The notes beneath the pieces were generated by a model. The model was given only the letters and a program-made list of their open reading frames with translations, searched no databases and was not told the origin of the DNA. The translations under genes and the position numbers were made by a program. A DNA stretch of 64,000 bases from Deltaproteobacteria bacterium (GTDB lineage Bacteria; Myxococcota_A; UBA9042; PHBI01), in contig WYBB01000243.1 in the NCBI GenBank assembly GCA_011526585.1, positions 16,495-80,494 of the forward strand, given 5' to 3'. Positions 47,993 to 57,876 of this stretch are shown in pieces (the stretch's first letter is position 1; the number at the start of each line of letters is the position of its first letter).

Positions 47993-48646
47993 TCAGAAGG
48001 TCCACACCGCGACCATGGCCGGGGCCAACACGACGTCGAGCGCCACCTCGGAGACCTCCGAAGCCGCGATGTCCGGGTCGGTGGACGCGACCTCGATCGC
48101 GCTCGTGCCGACTTGCAGGAGCGTCGTGCTCAGGCGCAGCAGGAAGCCGCGGGTCACCACGAGGTCGAGGTCGAGCCCGACGCCGAGACCGAAGTGCGTG
48201 CGCGACACGTCGGTCGAGGCGGAGAGGCCCTCCCCGTTGATGCTCGCGCGGCTGAGGCCAGTGCTCGCGACGAGACGCGCGGTCGGCGCGACGCGCACGC
48301 GCGCGCTGGGGTCGAGCACCCAGCGCACGCCGAGCTCTCCGCCGAGCGAGCGATCGAGGGCACCGCTGTCGGCCTCGCGGTAGTGCCCGCTGACGCCGAA
48401 GGTGAGCCACCAGGCGTCGCTCAAGCGACGCTCGAGGACGACGCCCGGCGTCGGTCCTTCGGAGAGGCTGCCGAGCCCGCCGAGCCCCATGAGGCCTCCG
48501 AGCAGGAGCGGTTGCAGGCGCAGGCTCGCGCCGAGCGCCCAGTCGTCGCGTTCGTCAGCGGCGGCGTGCGCAGGCGCGGCGAGGGACGTCGTCGCGACGA
48601 GCGCGCACGACAGGGCGGACAGGGCGATGTGGTGCAATCGGGGCAT
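47993..48646 (-). CDS. Small outer-membrane beta-barrel protein, hypothetical
   Basis: Signal peptide (AHA); amphipathic strands; C-terminal WTF; AAGGAG RBS. Confidence 0.65.
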   Translation of the reverse strand: MPRLHHIALSALSCALVATTSLAAPAHAAADERDDWALGASLRLQPLLLGGLMGLGGLGSLSEGPTPGVVLERRLSDAWWLTFGVSGHYREADSGALDRSLGGELGVRWVLDPSARVRVAPTARLVASTGLSRASINGEGLSASTDVSRTHFGLGVGLDLDLVVTRGFLLRLSTTLLQVGTSAIEVASTDPDIAASEVSEVALDVVLAPAMVAVWTF

Positions 48647-48900
48647 GGGTGCTCCTTGGGTCGAGGCAGGTGCCGTTGGGGTTGGGGCCGTGCGGCCACG
48701 CGCGCTCAAGTCGCTCCGCGGGACCACGCTTCCCCGGTGCACGGCGATTGCCACATTGACGGCGCGGCCTTCGAAAAGGGTCTGCAAAATGACACCGTGA
48801 CACCGCGCCGGCCCTCACCGGGGTCGGAGGTCGACCTCGGTCGACTTTGATCGAGGCGCCGCGCGCGCTATGGTCGCGGGTCGTTGCGGAGGGGGGACGC

Positions 48901-51516
48901 ATGGGTTGCGACGTGCTGGCGTTGGATGTGGTCGATCCGGGACAGGTCGCGGTGGTCGGGGGCAAGGGTGCACATCTGGCGGCGCTCTCGCGGATCGATG
49001 GCGTGCAGGTGCCGCCGGGGTTCTGCGTGACGACCGGGGCGTACCGACGCGTCGTGGCGCAGGTGCCGTCGCTGGATGTGCGACTCGAGCGGCTCGCGCG
49101 TGTGCGCGCGGACGACGGGGAGGCGATCCGTGCGCAGAGCGCCGAGCTCCGTGCGGCGATCGAAGCGCTCGCGGTGCCGGACGACCTGGCGGCGGAGATC
49201 GCGCGCGCCGTGGTGCGGTACGGCGAAGACGCGGCCTACGCCGTGCGCTCGAGCGCGACGGCGGAAGACCTGCCGACCGCATCGTTCGCGGGCCAGCACG
49301 ACACATTCCTCAACGTCGTGGGCGCCCAGGCGATCCTGCGGCAGGTCAGCCGCTGCTGGGCGTCGCTCTTCACCGAGCGCGCGGTGAGCTACCGCTTGCG
49401 CCACGGCTTCGACCACCGGCGTGTGGAGATGGCCGTCGTCGTGCAGCGCATGGTCGCTCCGCGGGCGGCCGGCACCCTGTTCACGGCCGATCCCGTGACG
49501 GGTCACCGCGGTGTCGTCGCCATCGAGGCCTGCTTCGGCCTCGGGGAGGCGCTCGTGTCCGGGCGCGTCAACGCCGACGTCTACCGGGTACGCGACGGCG
49601 TCGTCTTGGAGCGCGTCGTGGCCGAGAAGTCCGTGGTGATCGACGCGCTGTCGTCGGGCGGCACGCGCGAGCGCGCCGTCGAGCCGGCGCTGCGGGATCG
49701 GCCGGTCCTGAGCGACGCGGAGGTCGTGCGCCTCGCGCGCCTCGGCAAGCACATCGAGGCGCGCCTCGGCGGTCCGCAAGACATCGAGTGGTGCCTCGCC
49801 GACGACGACGTGCACGTCGTCCAGAGCCGGCCGATCACGACGCTCTTCCCTATCCCCGCGGCGCCCGACGCCGATCGCCACGTGTACGTCTCGGTCGGCC
49901 ATCAGCAGATGATGACCGATGCGATGAAGCCGCTCGGGCTCTCGTTCTTCAAGCTCACGGCCGGCCGCCCCATGGTGGAGGCCGGCGGGCGCCTCTTCGT
50001 CGACGTCACGCGCGTGCTCGAAGCACCGGCGGCGCGCGCGTCCCTCCTCGATCTGATGGGCAAGTCCGACCCGCTGACCCGCGACGCGCTGCAGGCGGTC
50101 CTCGATCGGGACGGCGCGTGCGCGTCCGCGACCGAGGGCGCCTCGTCCGCTCCGGCCGCCACGTCGGCCGCCGCTGCACCCGTTCCCGAGCCCGACCCCA
50201 ACACCGCCGCCGAGCTCGTCGCGCGCTGCGAGGCGTCGATCGCCGCCGCGCGGAGCGAGATCCACGCGCACTCGGGCGCGGCGCTCTTCGACTTCATCCT
50301 CGCGGACCTCGGCGAGCTCAAGCGCCACCTCTTCGATCCGCAGGGCCACCGCCTGATCTTCGCGGCGATGCACGCCACCTGGTGGCTCAACGACAACCTG
50401 CAGGCGTGGCTGGGCGAGACGAACGCGGCCGACGTGCTCACGCAGTCGATCCCGGACAACGTCACCTCGCAGATGGGGCTCGCGCTCCTCGACGTCGCGG
50501 ACGTGATCCGTCGGCACCCGCACGTCGTCGCGTTCCTGCGTCGTGTCGAGGACGACGGCTTCCTCGACGACCTCGCGGGCCTCCCGGGCGGACAAGAGGC
50601 GCACGCCGCGATCCGCGCCTGGCTCGACGCATATGGCATGCGCGGCGTCGGCGAGATCGACATCACGCGTCCGCGCTGGAGCGAGCGACCGACGATGCTC
50701 TTGCCGATCCTGCTCGGCCACGTCGACCGCCTCGAGCCCGGCGCCGCGTCGCGGCGCTTCGAGGAGGGACGTCGCGCCGCGCTCGCCAAGGAGCAGGACC
50801 TCCTCCAGCGCCTGCGCAAGCTGCAGGACGGTGAGCGCAAGGCCGCCGAGACGAAGCGCATGATCGACGTCCTGCGCGCGCAGATCGGCTATCGCGAGTA
50901 CCCCAAGCTCGGGATGATCAAACGCTACTTCGTCTACAAGCAGGCCCTGCTGGAGGAGGCCGCGCGCCTCGTGCGGGCGGGCGCGCTGAGCGAGGTCGAG
51001 GACATCGCCTGGCTCACGTTCGAAGAGCTGCACGCGGTCGCGCGCGGCGGCCAGATCGACGCAGCGAAGATCCGCGCGCGCAAGGCCGCGTATCATGCCT
51101 GTCAGGCGCTCACGCCGCCTCGTGTGCTCACCTCGGACGGCGAGGCGTTCAGCGGGGACCCGCGCCGCGACGCACTGCCGGACGATGCGCTGTCCGGCCT
51201 CGGCGTCTCGTCCGGGATCGTCGAGGGGCGCGCGCGCGTCATCCTCGACGTCGAACGCGCGCACCTCGGGCCGGGCGAGATCCTCGTCACGACCTGGACC
51301 GACCCGAGCTGGACGCCGCTGTTCCTCGGGATCGGCGGCCTCGTGACCGAGATCGGCGGCCTCATGACCCACGGCGCGGTGGTCGCGCGCGAGTATGGTC
51401 TTCCCGCGGTCGTCGGCGTCGCCGACGCCACGCGCCGCATCCGCGACGGACAGTGGATCCGCGTCGACGGTGCGCGCGGCGTCGTCGAGATCCTCACCCC
51501 CGCGACCCGGCGCTGA
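48901..51516 (+). CDS. rph: Rifampin phosphotransferase (PEP-synthase-like)
   Basis: VGGKGAHL, AVRSSATAEDLPTASFAGQ, QDIEW, QSRPIT; Rph-type middle domain YVSVGHQQMMTDAMKPLG and GYREYPK; C-terminal His domain GGLMTHGAVVAREYG. Confidence 0.88.
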   Translation: MGCDVLALDVVDPGQVAVVGGKGAHLAALSRIDGVQVPPGFCVTTGAYRRVVAQVPSLDVRLERLARVRADDGEAIRAQSAELRAAIEALAVPDDLAAEIARAVVRYGEDAAYAVRSSATAEDLPTASFAGQHDTFLNVVGAQAILRQVSRCWASLFTERAVSYRLRHGFDHRRVEMAVVVQRMVAPRAAGTLFTADPVTGHRGVVAIEACFGLGEALVSGRVNADVYRVRDGVVLERVVAEKSVVIDALSSGGTRERAVEPALRDRPVLSDAEVVRLARLGKHIEARLGGPQDIEWCLADDDVHVVQSRPITTLFPIPAAPDADRHVYVSVGHQQMMTDAMKPLGLSFFKLTAGRPMVEAGGRLFVDVTRVLEAPAARASLLDLMGKSDPLTRDALQAVLDRDGACASATEGASSAPAATSAAAAPVPEPDPNTAAELVARCEASIAAARSEIHAHSGAALFDFILADLGELKRHLFDPQGHRLIFAAMHATWWLNDNLQAWLGETNAADVLTQSIPDNVTSQMGLALLDVADVIRRHPHVVAFLRRVEDDGFLDDLAGLPGGQEAHAAIRAWLDAYGMRGVGEIDITRPRWSERPTMLLPILLGHVDRLEPGAASRRFEEGRRAALAKEQDLLQRLRKLQDGERKAAETKRMIDVLRAQIGYREYPKLGMIKRYFVYKQALLEEAARLVRAGALSEVEDIAWLTFEELHAVARGGQIDAAKIRARKAAYHACQALTPPRVLTSDGEAFSGDPRRDALPDDALSGLGVSSGIVEGRARVILDVERAHLGPGEILVTTWTDPSWTPLFLGIGGLVTEIGGLMTHGAVVAREYGLPAVVGVADATRRIRDGQWIRVDGARGVVEILTPATRR

Positions 51517-52512
51517 TCAGGGCGCCCGCCTGGCGAAAGGCGGAGCTGGATCGGGCGCTTGCATGCCGCGGAACGCGTCGAGCCACGCGCCGACGCGTCG
51601 CTCGATGTACGAGCGCGGCAGCCCGCCGGGGCCACGCTCGAAGAAGCCGACGTGACCGCCATGAGGGTGCAGCTCGAGCTCGGTCCGCGCCGCCAGCTCC
51701 GCGCGCTCGGGCACGCACGACGGCAGCATGAAGGGATCGTCGGCGGCGTGCAGGATGAGGGTCGGCCGCGTGATGCGCGCGAGGTCGGGGCGGCACGAGG
51801 CGCGCGTGTAGTAGTCGTCCGCGCTCTCGTAGCCATGCAGTGGCGCGGTGACGAGCGCGTCGAAGGTGCGGAAGTCGGTCGCGCCGAGCGCGGCCGGCAG
51901 ATCGATGTGCGAAGCGAGGAGCGCGCGCTTCTTGCGCAGACCCTGCTTGAGGTGCGCGAGCAGCCAGCGGCCATAGACACGCGAGGCGCCGGCCGCGAGC
52001 CGGTCGGCGCAGACCGCGAGGCGGAACGGCACCGACACGGCGACGGCGGCGTCGAAGACCTCGCCGTGCGCCCCGTCGGCGAGGAGCTTGAGCACGACGT
52101 TGCCGCCGAGCGAGAAGCCGACGGCGCAGAGCGGGGCGGCGGAATCGCGCTCGCGCAGCGTGCGTGCGACGCGCGCGAGGTCGGCGGTGTCGCCGGAGTG
52201 GTAGCTGCGCGCGAGGCGGTTGGGTCGCGCGCCCGCGCCCCGGAACTCGAAGCGCGTGACCGCCCAGCCGCGCTCGCCGAGCGCCGCCCCGAGCGCCCCT
52301 ATATAAGGAGAGCGGGCGTGCCCGGCGAGGCCGTGCACCAGGATCACACGTGCACCGCGCTGAGGGCCGGCGTGATGCAGATCGACGAAGTCGCCGTCGG
52401 GCAGCTCGAAGCGCTCGAGCGTGCTCGGCAGGGCAGGGGGGAAGCGGCCGAAGGCGCCGAAGATGGTCTGGCGATGAGGGCCGCGCAGGAGCGGGTGGGG
52501 CTCGAAGGACAT
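51517..52512 (-). CDS. YheT-family alpha/beta hydrolase
   Basis: GPHRQT, VHGLAG, YHSGDT, GFSLGG, AADDPF, GGHVGF. Confidence 0.9.
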   Translation of the reverse strand: MSFEPHPLLRGPHRQTIFGAFGRFPPALPSTLERFELPDGDFVDLHHAGPQRGARVILVHGLAGHARSPYIGALGAALGERGWAVTRFEFRGAGARPNRLARSYHSGDTADLARVARTLRERDSAAPLCAVGFSLGGNVVLKLLADGAHGEVFDAAVAVSVPFRLAVCADRLAAGASRVYGRWLLAHLKQGLRKKRALLASHIDLPAALGATDFRTFDALVTAPLHGYESADDYYTRASCRPDLARITRPTLILHAADDPFMLPSCVPERAELAARTELELHPHGGHVGFFERGPGGLPRSYIERRVGAWLDAFRGMQAPDPAPPFARRAP

Positions 52513-52520
52513 GCCGCGCC

Positions 52521-53759
52521 TCAAGTGCCGTCGTAGTCGATGCGCACGAGCTCGACGAGGCGCTTGAGCGCGTGCACGACCACGTCGGTGCGCTCGTGCG
52601 CGACCACCGCCCAGCCCTCGCCTTCGTAGCTCGTCGCCTTGGGCTGGCCGACCACCGGCAGCCGGCGCTCGACGACGAAGGCGCCGACCTCGGCCTGGGC
52701 TTCGGTCAGACCGCGGATCCGCGCGACCCGCCCGCGACCCTGGCCGCGGAAGAACGCCGTGCCGGCGGCCACCACGCGCCGCGGCGGGACGAAGGTGTCG
52801 AGCGCCATCAGCTCCGCCCAGGCCGCCCACATGTCGCGCCGATGCGCGTGCGTCATGAGCGGCATGATGTTCGCCCCCGGCGGGCGCGCGCCGACCTCGT
52901 TGACCATCGGCGTGCCGTCGCGTCGCAGGAACCACTCCATGTGCGAGAGCCCGTGCCGCAGGCCCAGCGCGTCGAGCGCCGTCGCGTTGGTCTTGTCGAA
53001 CGCGCGGAAGGTCGGGTCGTCGGCCTCGCGCGGCAGGAGCACGCAGTACTGCATCCACGGGTTCTCGAGCACCTCCAGCGGGCCCGGCAGGTAGTGCGTG
53101 CCCGACCGCCAGACGTGCCGGCCAGCGACCGTCACCGTCTCGCAGGTGCTCTCGCGCCCTTCGACGAACTCCTCGGCCTGGTACGGTCGCTCCGCGCTCG
53201 GCGCCAGCCGCGCGAGCGCCGCCTCGAGCTCGCGCGCGTCCTTGACGCGGAAGGTCGCGCGCGCCCCGAGGCCGGCCGGCGGCTTGAGCACGATCGGCAG
53301 GCCGACCTCGCGCACGAACGCCATGACGTCCTCGCGCGAGCGCAGGAGCCGCGAGCGCGCCACGCTCACGCCCGCCGCGCGCAGCACCTTCTTCATGCGG
53401 TCCTTGTCGCGGAAGTTGCGCGCGACCTCGCCGTGCACGCCTTCGATCCCCAGCCGCTCGCGCGCGTCCGCGACCGGGATCTGCAGCTCCTCGAGGTGCG
53501 CGAGCAGCCGATCGACCCCGCCCAGCGCCTGCCCGATCCCGCGACACCCGCGCACCAGCTCGTCGGTGTCGAGGCAGTCGCGGATCTGGTAGTGCGCGTC
53601 GAGCCGCTCGCGCAGCGCCGGTTCGATCCGGTCGGCCGGCTCGAGCGAGAGCACCCCGACGCGCACCCGCCGGGTCGGCTCGTTGAGCCCGGCCAACGCC
53701 GCGAGGAAGCGATTGCTGCCCTCGCGAAAGAGCGGGGCGACGAAGACGATCGAGCGCAT
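52521..53759 (-). CDS. ATP-grasp domain protein
   Basis: FRDKDRMK, VLKPPAGLGA, EEFVEGRE, HMEWF, NEVGARPPG. Confidence 0.9.
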   Translation of the reverse strand: MRSIVFVAPLFREGSNRFLAALAGLNEPTRRVRVGVLSLEPADRIEPALRERLDAHYQIRDCLDTDELVRGCRGIGQALGGVDRLLAHLEELQIPVADARERLGIEGVHGEVARNFRDKDRMKKVLRAAGVSVARSRLLRSREDVMAFVREVGLPIVLKPPAGLGARATFRVKDARELEAALARLAPSAERPYQAEEFVEGRESTCETVTVAGRHVWRSGTHYLPGPLEVLENPWMQYCVLLPREADDPTFRAFDKTNATALDALGLRHGLSHMEWFLRRDGTPMVNEVGARPPGANIMPLMTHAHRRDMWAAWAELMALDTFVPPRRVVAAGTAFFRGQGRGRVARIRGLTEAQAEVGAFVVERRLPVVGQPKATSYEGEGWAVVAHERTDVVVHALKRLVELVRIDYDGT

Positions 53760-53806
53760 CGGACCTCCGCGTCTCGGATCGCACCGCGGCGATCGATTGG
53801 CAATCG

Positions 53807-55237
53807 GTGAACGTTCGCATAGGCTCCGACCGCGGCCGCGCTCCCCCTGGTCGGCCGCCGCCGCGTTCAGCTCGTGCGCGCTTTCGGACCCTGAGGTTCT
53901 CCATTCGCTCCGACCTGCCCGGCCTCCTCCGGCGCGCGCGCTCCCACTGGCGGAAGCGCGGCGCCGCACACGTCCTGCGGCTCATCGCGCGCCGCCTGGT
54001 CGACCCGATCCTGAGCCTGCCGCCGGACCCGACCCCGCTGACGTCCGCCGCGCTCGCGCGTCAGCGTTTCCCCGAGGTGGTGCCGCTCCTGCTGCGAGCA
54101 CTCCCTTCCAACGCGCGCGCACCCCGCCGCATCAACGTCGTCACCGATACGATCAGCCCGCCGGATCTCTTCGGCGGCGTCGCGACCTCGCTCATCCTCG
54201 GCGCCCTCCTCGCCGAGCGCCACGCGCTCGAGCTCCGCGTCATCACCCGCGTCACGCCCCCCGACCTGCGCCACGTCGCGCACGTGCTCGGCGTCGCCGG
54301 CGTGGCGCTGCCCGCGCATGTGACCTCCACCTTCGCGCCCTACCGACACCCCGAGCTCGCGGTCGAGGGCCACCCCGAGGAGCTCTTCCTCACGACCTCG
54401 TGGTGGACGACCGCCGGCACGCTCGCCACCGTGCCCGCGCACCGCGTCGTCTACCTCCTGCAGGAGGACGAGCGCATGTTCTACCCCCACGGCGACCGTC
54501 ACCTGCGTTGCGCCGAGGTCCTCGCGCGCCCCGGCCCGACCGTCGTCGTCAATACGCGCCTGCTCTTCGATCACCTCGCCGACAGCGGTCTTCCCGACAT
54601 CGCCGAGCGCAGCCTCTGGTTCGAGCCGGCCTTCCCGCGCACCACCTACTTCGCCGAGTCGAGCGCCGTCGCGACCCCCGCGAGCGCCCCCGCACCCCGC
54701 CGTCGCTTCTTCTTCTATGCGCGCGGCCGCCACGATCGCAACCTCTTCACACGCGGCGTCGAGGCGGTCGATCGCGCCATCGCCGAGGGCGTCATCGATC
54801 CCGCCCGCTGGGAGCTGCACTTCGTCGGCAGCGTCATCCCGCCGCTGTCGCTTTCGCGCGGCGTCGCGATCCACCGTCACGAGAACCTGCCCTGGGCCGA
54901 CTACGCGCGCCTCGTGCGCACGATGGACCTCGGCCTCTCGCTCATGTACACCCCGCACCCGTCCTATCCGCCCCTCGATCTCGCCGCCTCGGGCGCCGTC
55001 GTCGTGACCAACCGCTTCGGCCCCAAGCGCGACCTCTCGCGCTACTCGGCCAACATCCTCTGCGTCGATACGAGCGTCGAGGCTCTCGTCGCCGGCCTCG
55101 CCGAGGGCGTCGCGCTGGCCACGGACGACGCGCGCCGCCTCGCGAATCTCCGCGCCGACCACATCGCGCGCGACTGGTCGCGCACGCTCGCGCCGGTGCT
55201 CGACCACATCGCCGCGCGGCACGGCCTCGCGACCTGA
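53807..55237 (+). CDS. WsaF-like rhamnosyl/glycosyltransferase
   Basis: FGGVATS, TTSWWT, YLLQEDERMFY, FFYAR, LSLMYTPHPSYPPLDLAASGAVVVTN; start uncertain. Confidence 0.85.
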   Translation: MNVRIGSDRGRAPPGRPPPRSARARFRTLRFSIRSDLPGLLRRARSHWRKRGAAHVLRLIARRLVDPILSLPPDPTPLTSAALARQRFPEVVPLLLRALPSNARAPRRINVVTDTISPPDLFGGVATSLILGALLAERHALELRVITRVTPPDLRHVAHVLGVAGVALPAHVTSTFAPYRHPELAVEGHPEELFLTTSWWTTAGTLATVPAHRVVYLLQEDERMFYPHGDRHLRCAEVLARPGPTVVVNTRLLFDHLADSGLPDIAERSLWFEPAFPRTTYFAESSAVATPASAPAPRRRFFFYARGRHDRNLFTRGVEAVDRAIAEGVIDPARWELHFVGSVIPPLSLSRGVAIHRHENLPWADYARLVRTMDLGLSLMYTPHPSYPPLDLAASGAVVVTNRFGPKRDLSRYSANILCVDTSVEALVAGLAEGVALATDDARRLANLRADHIARDWSRTLAPVLDHIAARHGLAT

Positions 55238-55336
55238 GCGGGCTGCACGCGCGAGGCTCGCAGCGCCACGGTTCGGGTCGGCTACTGCCCCCGGCCAAAA
55301 CGTGTTACCAAGGGAGCAGGTACCGCACGGAGGTCC

Positions 55337-55807
55337 ATGATGCGCTGGTACGACGGACTCGGGCTCGAGCGCCTCGACGGCACGCCGATCGGGGACGCGC
55401 TCGCCGACAAGGCGCTGCTCATCGTCAACGTCGCCAGCCGCTGCGGCTTCACCCCGCAGTACGAGGGGCTCGTCGCGCTGCACCACGAGCTCGCGGGCGA
55501 CGCCTTCGCGGTGGTCGGCGTGCCCTGCAACCAGTTCGGCGCGCAGGAGCCGGGCTCGCCCGACGAGATCGCCACCTTCTGCCGCACGACCTACGCCGTC
55601 GACTTCCCGCTCCTCGCCAAGCAGGACGTCAACGGCCCGGGCCGCTCGGCGCTCTACCGGCACCTGATCGGGGACGGCGCCGATATCCGTTGGAACTTCG
55701 AGAAATTCGTGGTGGATAAGAGCGGCCGTGTCACGGCGCGCTTCGGGTCACGCACACGACCCGAAGATTCGGAGCTGCGGGTCGCCATCGCCGACGCGAT
55801 CGGCTGA
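55337..55807 (+). CDS. Glutathione peroxidase (Cys type)
   Basis: VNVASRCGFTPQY, PCNQFGAQEPG, WNFEKF. Confidence 0.95.
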   Translation: MMRWYDGLGLERLDGTPIGDALADKALLIVNVASRCGFTPQYEGLVALHHELAGDAFAVVGVPCNQFGAQEPGSPDEIATFCRTTYAVDFPLLAKQDVNGPGRSALYRHLIGDGADIRWNFEKFVVDKSGRVTARFGSRTRPEDSELRVAIADAIG

Positions 55808-55843
55808 ACGGCATTCGACGACCTTCGTTGGAGGGGGCTCGAC

Positions 55844-57268
55844 TTGAAAGCGATCATCACTGTCCTCGCGGTGCTCCTCACCGCTTCCCCCGCGTTCGCG
55901 AGCGGTCTCCTGGTCGTGCGCTTCGGCGGTGAGCACGGTCACCCGACCACCGACAACCCGACCGCGATCTACTTCAACCCGGCCGGCCTCTCGCTGCTCG
56001 GCGGCACGCGCCTCATGCTCGACGGCACCTTCGCCTGGCGCACGCTGACCTTCGACCGCGACCCCGGCGCCATCGACAACATCCTCGAAGATCCGATGGT
56101 CGGCACCGGCACCCCGGCCGGCGAAGGCGTCGCCGTCAACAGCGGCAAGGCCGAGCTGTTCAACCTCGCCGCGAGCCCGTTCTTCGCGGTCGCCACCGAC
56201 TTCGGCGTCGAGGGCCTCGGCGTCGGCCTCGGTTTCTACGTGCCCTTCGGCGGCGTCTCGCGCTTCGACAAGGCCGACGAGTCCGAGGCCTTCCCCGGCG
56301 CCGTCGACGGGCCCGCCCGCTGGTGGGCGATCGAAGGCACCATGCGCGCGCTCTACTTCGCCGGCGCCGCGAGCTACCGCATCGCCCCGCTGCGCCTGTC
56401 GATCGGCGCCGGCGTCAACGTCGTCGTCTCCGAGGTCAACACGATCCGCGCGCGCAACGCCGACGGCACCGACCACCTCACCAGCAACGGCAACCTGCTC
56501 GAGGGGCGCGCGCTCATGGACCTGTCCACGGTCGACGTCGCCATCTCCGCCGGCCTCATCTGGGAGCCGGTCGACCACCTCTTCGTCGGCCTCTCCTACC
56601 AGAGCCAGCCCGGCTTCGGCACGAGCCGCCTGACGGGCGACACCACGCTCGTCTTCGGCGCCGGCCCGGTCGACGCCGTCAAGCCGACCCCGTCCGAGTT
56701 CTTCAACGCCTGGCCGGACGTGTGGCGCCTGGGCCTGCGCTACACCGTCGACAAGAAGTGGGAGGCGCGCCTCTTCGGCGAGCTCGCGCGCTGGAGCGTG
56801 CTCTACGAGCACTGCCTCCTGAACACCACCATCGCCGATCGCAGCTGCCGCGGCGACCCGCCGCCGGGCAAGATCGTGCTCATCCCGCGCCGCTGGGAGG
56901 ACGCGATCGGGATCCGACTCGGCGGCTCCTACTGGCTCAACGACGACATCGAACTCTACCTCGGCGGCGGCTACGACGGCAACGCCATCCCCGACTCCAC
57001 CGTCGACCCCGGGCTCTATGACGCCCACAAGGGCAGCATCTCGCTCGGCGGCCGCTTCACGCTCATCGACGAGCTCATCCTGAGCGTGACCTACACGCAG
57101 GTGATCTACCCCCAGCGCAAGATCTCCCCGCGCCAGCACCTGCCCGGCGCCACCACCGGCGACGTCGCCAGCCTCGGCTTCACCGAGGCCGAGCGCGACC
57201 CCGACGCCGCCGGCACCTACGATCACGCCATCGGCGTGCTCGACGTCTCCCTCGAAGCGCGTTTCTGA
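55844..57268 (+). CDS. FadL/OmpP1-family outer-membrane transport protein
   Basis: Signal peptide AFA; DNPTAIYFNPAGL; beta-barrel pattern; C-terminal Phe. Confidence 0.88.
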   Translation: MKAIITVLAVLLTASPAFASGLLVVRFGGEHGHPTTDNPTAIYFNPAGLSLLGGTRLMLDGTFAWRTLTFDRDPGAIDNILEDPMVGTGTPAGEGVAVNSGKAELFNLAASPFFAVATDFGVEGLGVGLGFYVPFGGVSRFDKADESEAFPGAVDGPARWWAIEGTMRALYFAGAASYRIAPLRLSIGAGVNVVVSEVNTIRARNADGTDHLTSNGNLLEGRALMDLSTVDVAISAGLIWEPVDHLFVGLSYQSQPGFGTSRLTGDTTLVFGAGPVDAVKPTPSEFFNAWPDVWRLGLRYTVDKKWEARLFGELARWSVLYEHCLLNTTIADRSCRGDPPPGKIVLIPRRWEDAIGIRLGGSYWLNDDIELYLGGGYDGNAIPDSTVDPGLYDAHKGSISLGGRFTLIDELILSVTYTQVIYPQRKISPRQHLPGATTGDVASLGFTEAERDPDAAGTYDHAIGVLDVSLEARF

Positions 57269-57284
57269 TCACGGAGCCCACACG

Positions 57285-57872
57285 ATGAAGACCTTCATCC
57301 AGACCGCGCTCATCGCGATGGCCACGCTCACCGCCACCTGCGTCGACCCCGCCGCGCGCCTCGACGAGTTCTACGAGAACAGCGAGCCGCTGCGCGTCGA
57401 GGTCGTCGTCGGCCCGTGCGCCGGCCAGGTCGACATCAGCGGCGAGTTCCTGCTCGCGGTCGCGACCGTCGTGCGCCCGCCGAACCCGATCCTCTTCGGT
57501 GCGACCTTCACCATCGACAGCGCGAGCTGGACCATCGAGGTCTCGATGCGCTCGCTCTCGAACGAAGGGCGCGAGCCGGTCGGCGACACGTTCGTCGCCA
57601 CCTCGCCCGTCGCCGCCGATGGCACCTTCACCCTCGACTTCGGCGAGATCACCGTGCCCGGCGCTGCCAACCCGATCATCCCCGACGTCGACGCCACCGC
57701 GACGCTGATCCTCGCGGGTTGCACCAACGGCATCGGGTTCTCCTGCGGCACCGCCGACGGCCAGATCATCTCGCCGGCGAGCCTGCCGCTGACCGGCTCG
57801 ACCTACGCGGCCATCGCCGTCGACGCCGAAGAGCTCCCGACCGCCGAGCCGGTCGCCGCCTGCCCGGAGTGA
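57285..57872 (+). CDS. Lipoprotein, hypothetical
   Basis: TATC lipobox; GGAG RBS; follows the FadL-like gene. Confidence 0.7.
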   Translation: MKTFIQTALIAMATLTATCVDPAARLDEFYENSEPLRVEVVVGPCAGQVDISGEFLLAVATVVRPPNPILFGATFTIDSASWTIEVSMRSLSNEGREPVGDTFVATSPVAADGTFTLDFGEITVPGAANPIIPDVDATATLILAGCTNGIGFSCGTADGQIISPASLPLTGSTYAAIAVDAEELPTAEPVAACPE

Positions 57873-57876
57873 CGGG

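Noticed and set aside
48650-48900. Riboswitch or rifamycin-associated element (RAE) in the divergent region before rph
   Set aside because: Only a short palindrome (GAGGTCGACCTC) and a GGGAA fragment; I could not match a riboswitch or RAE consensus by eye. An Infernal/Rfam and motif scan would settle it.
55337-55807. Selenocysteine glutathione peroxidase
   Set aside because: The active-site codon is TGC (Cys); no in-frame TGA.
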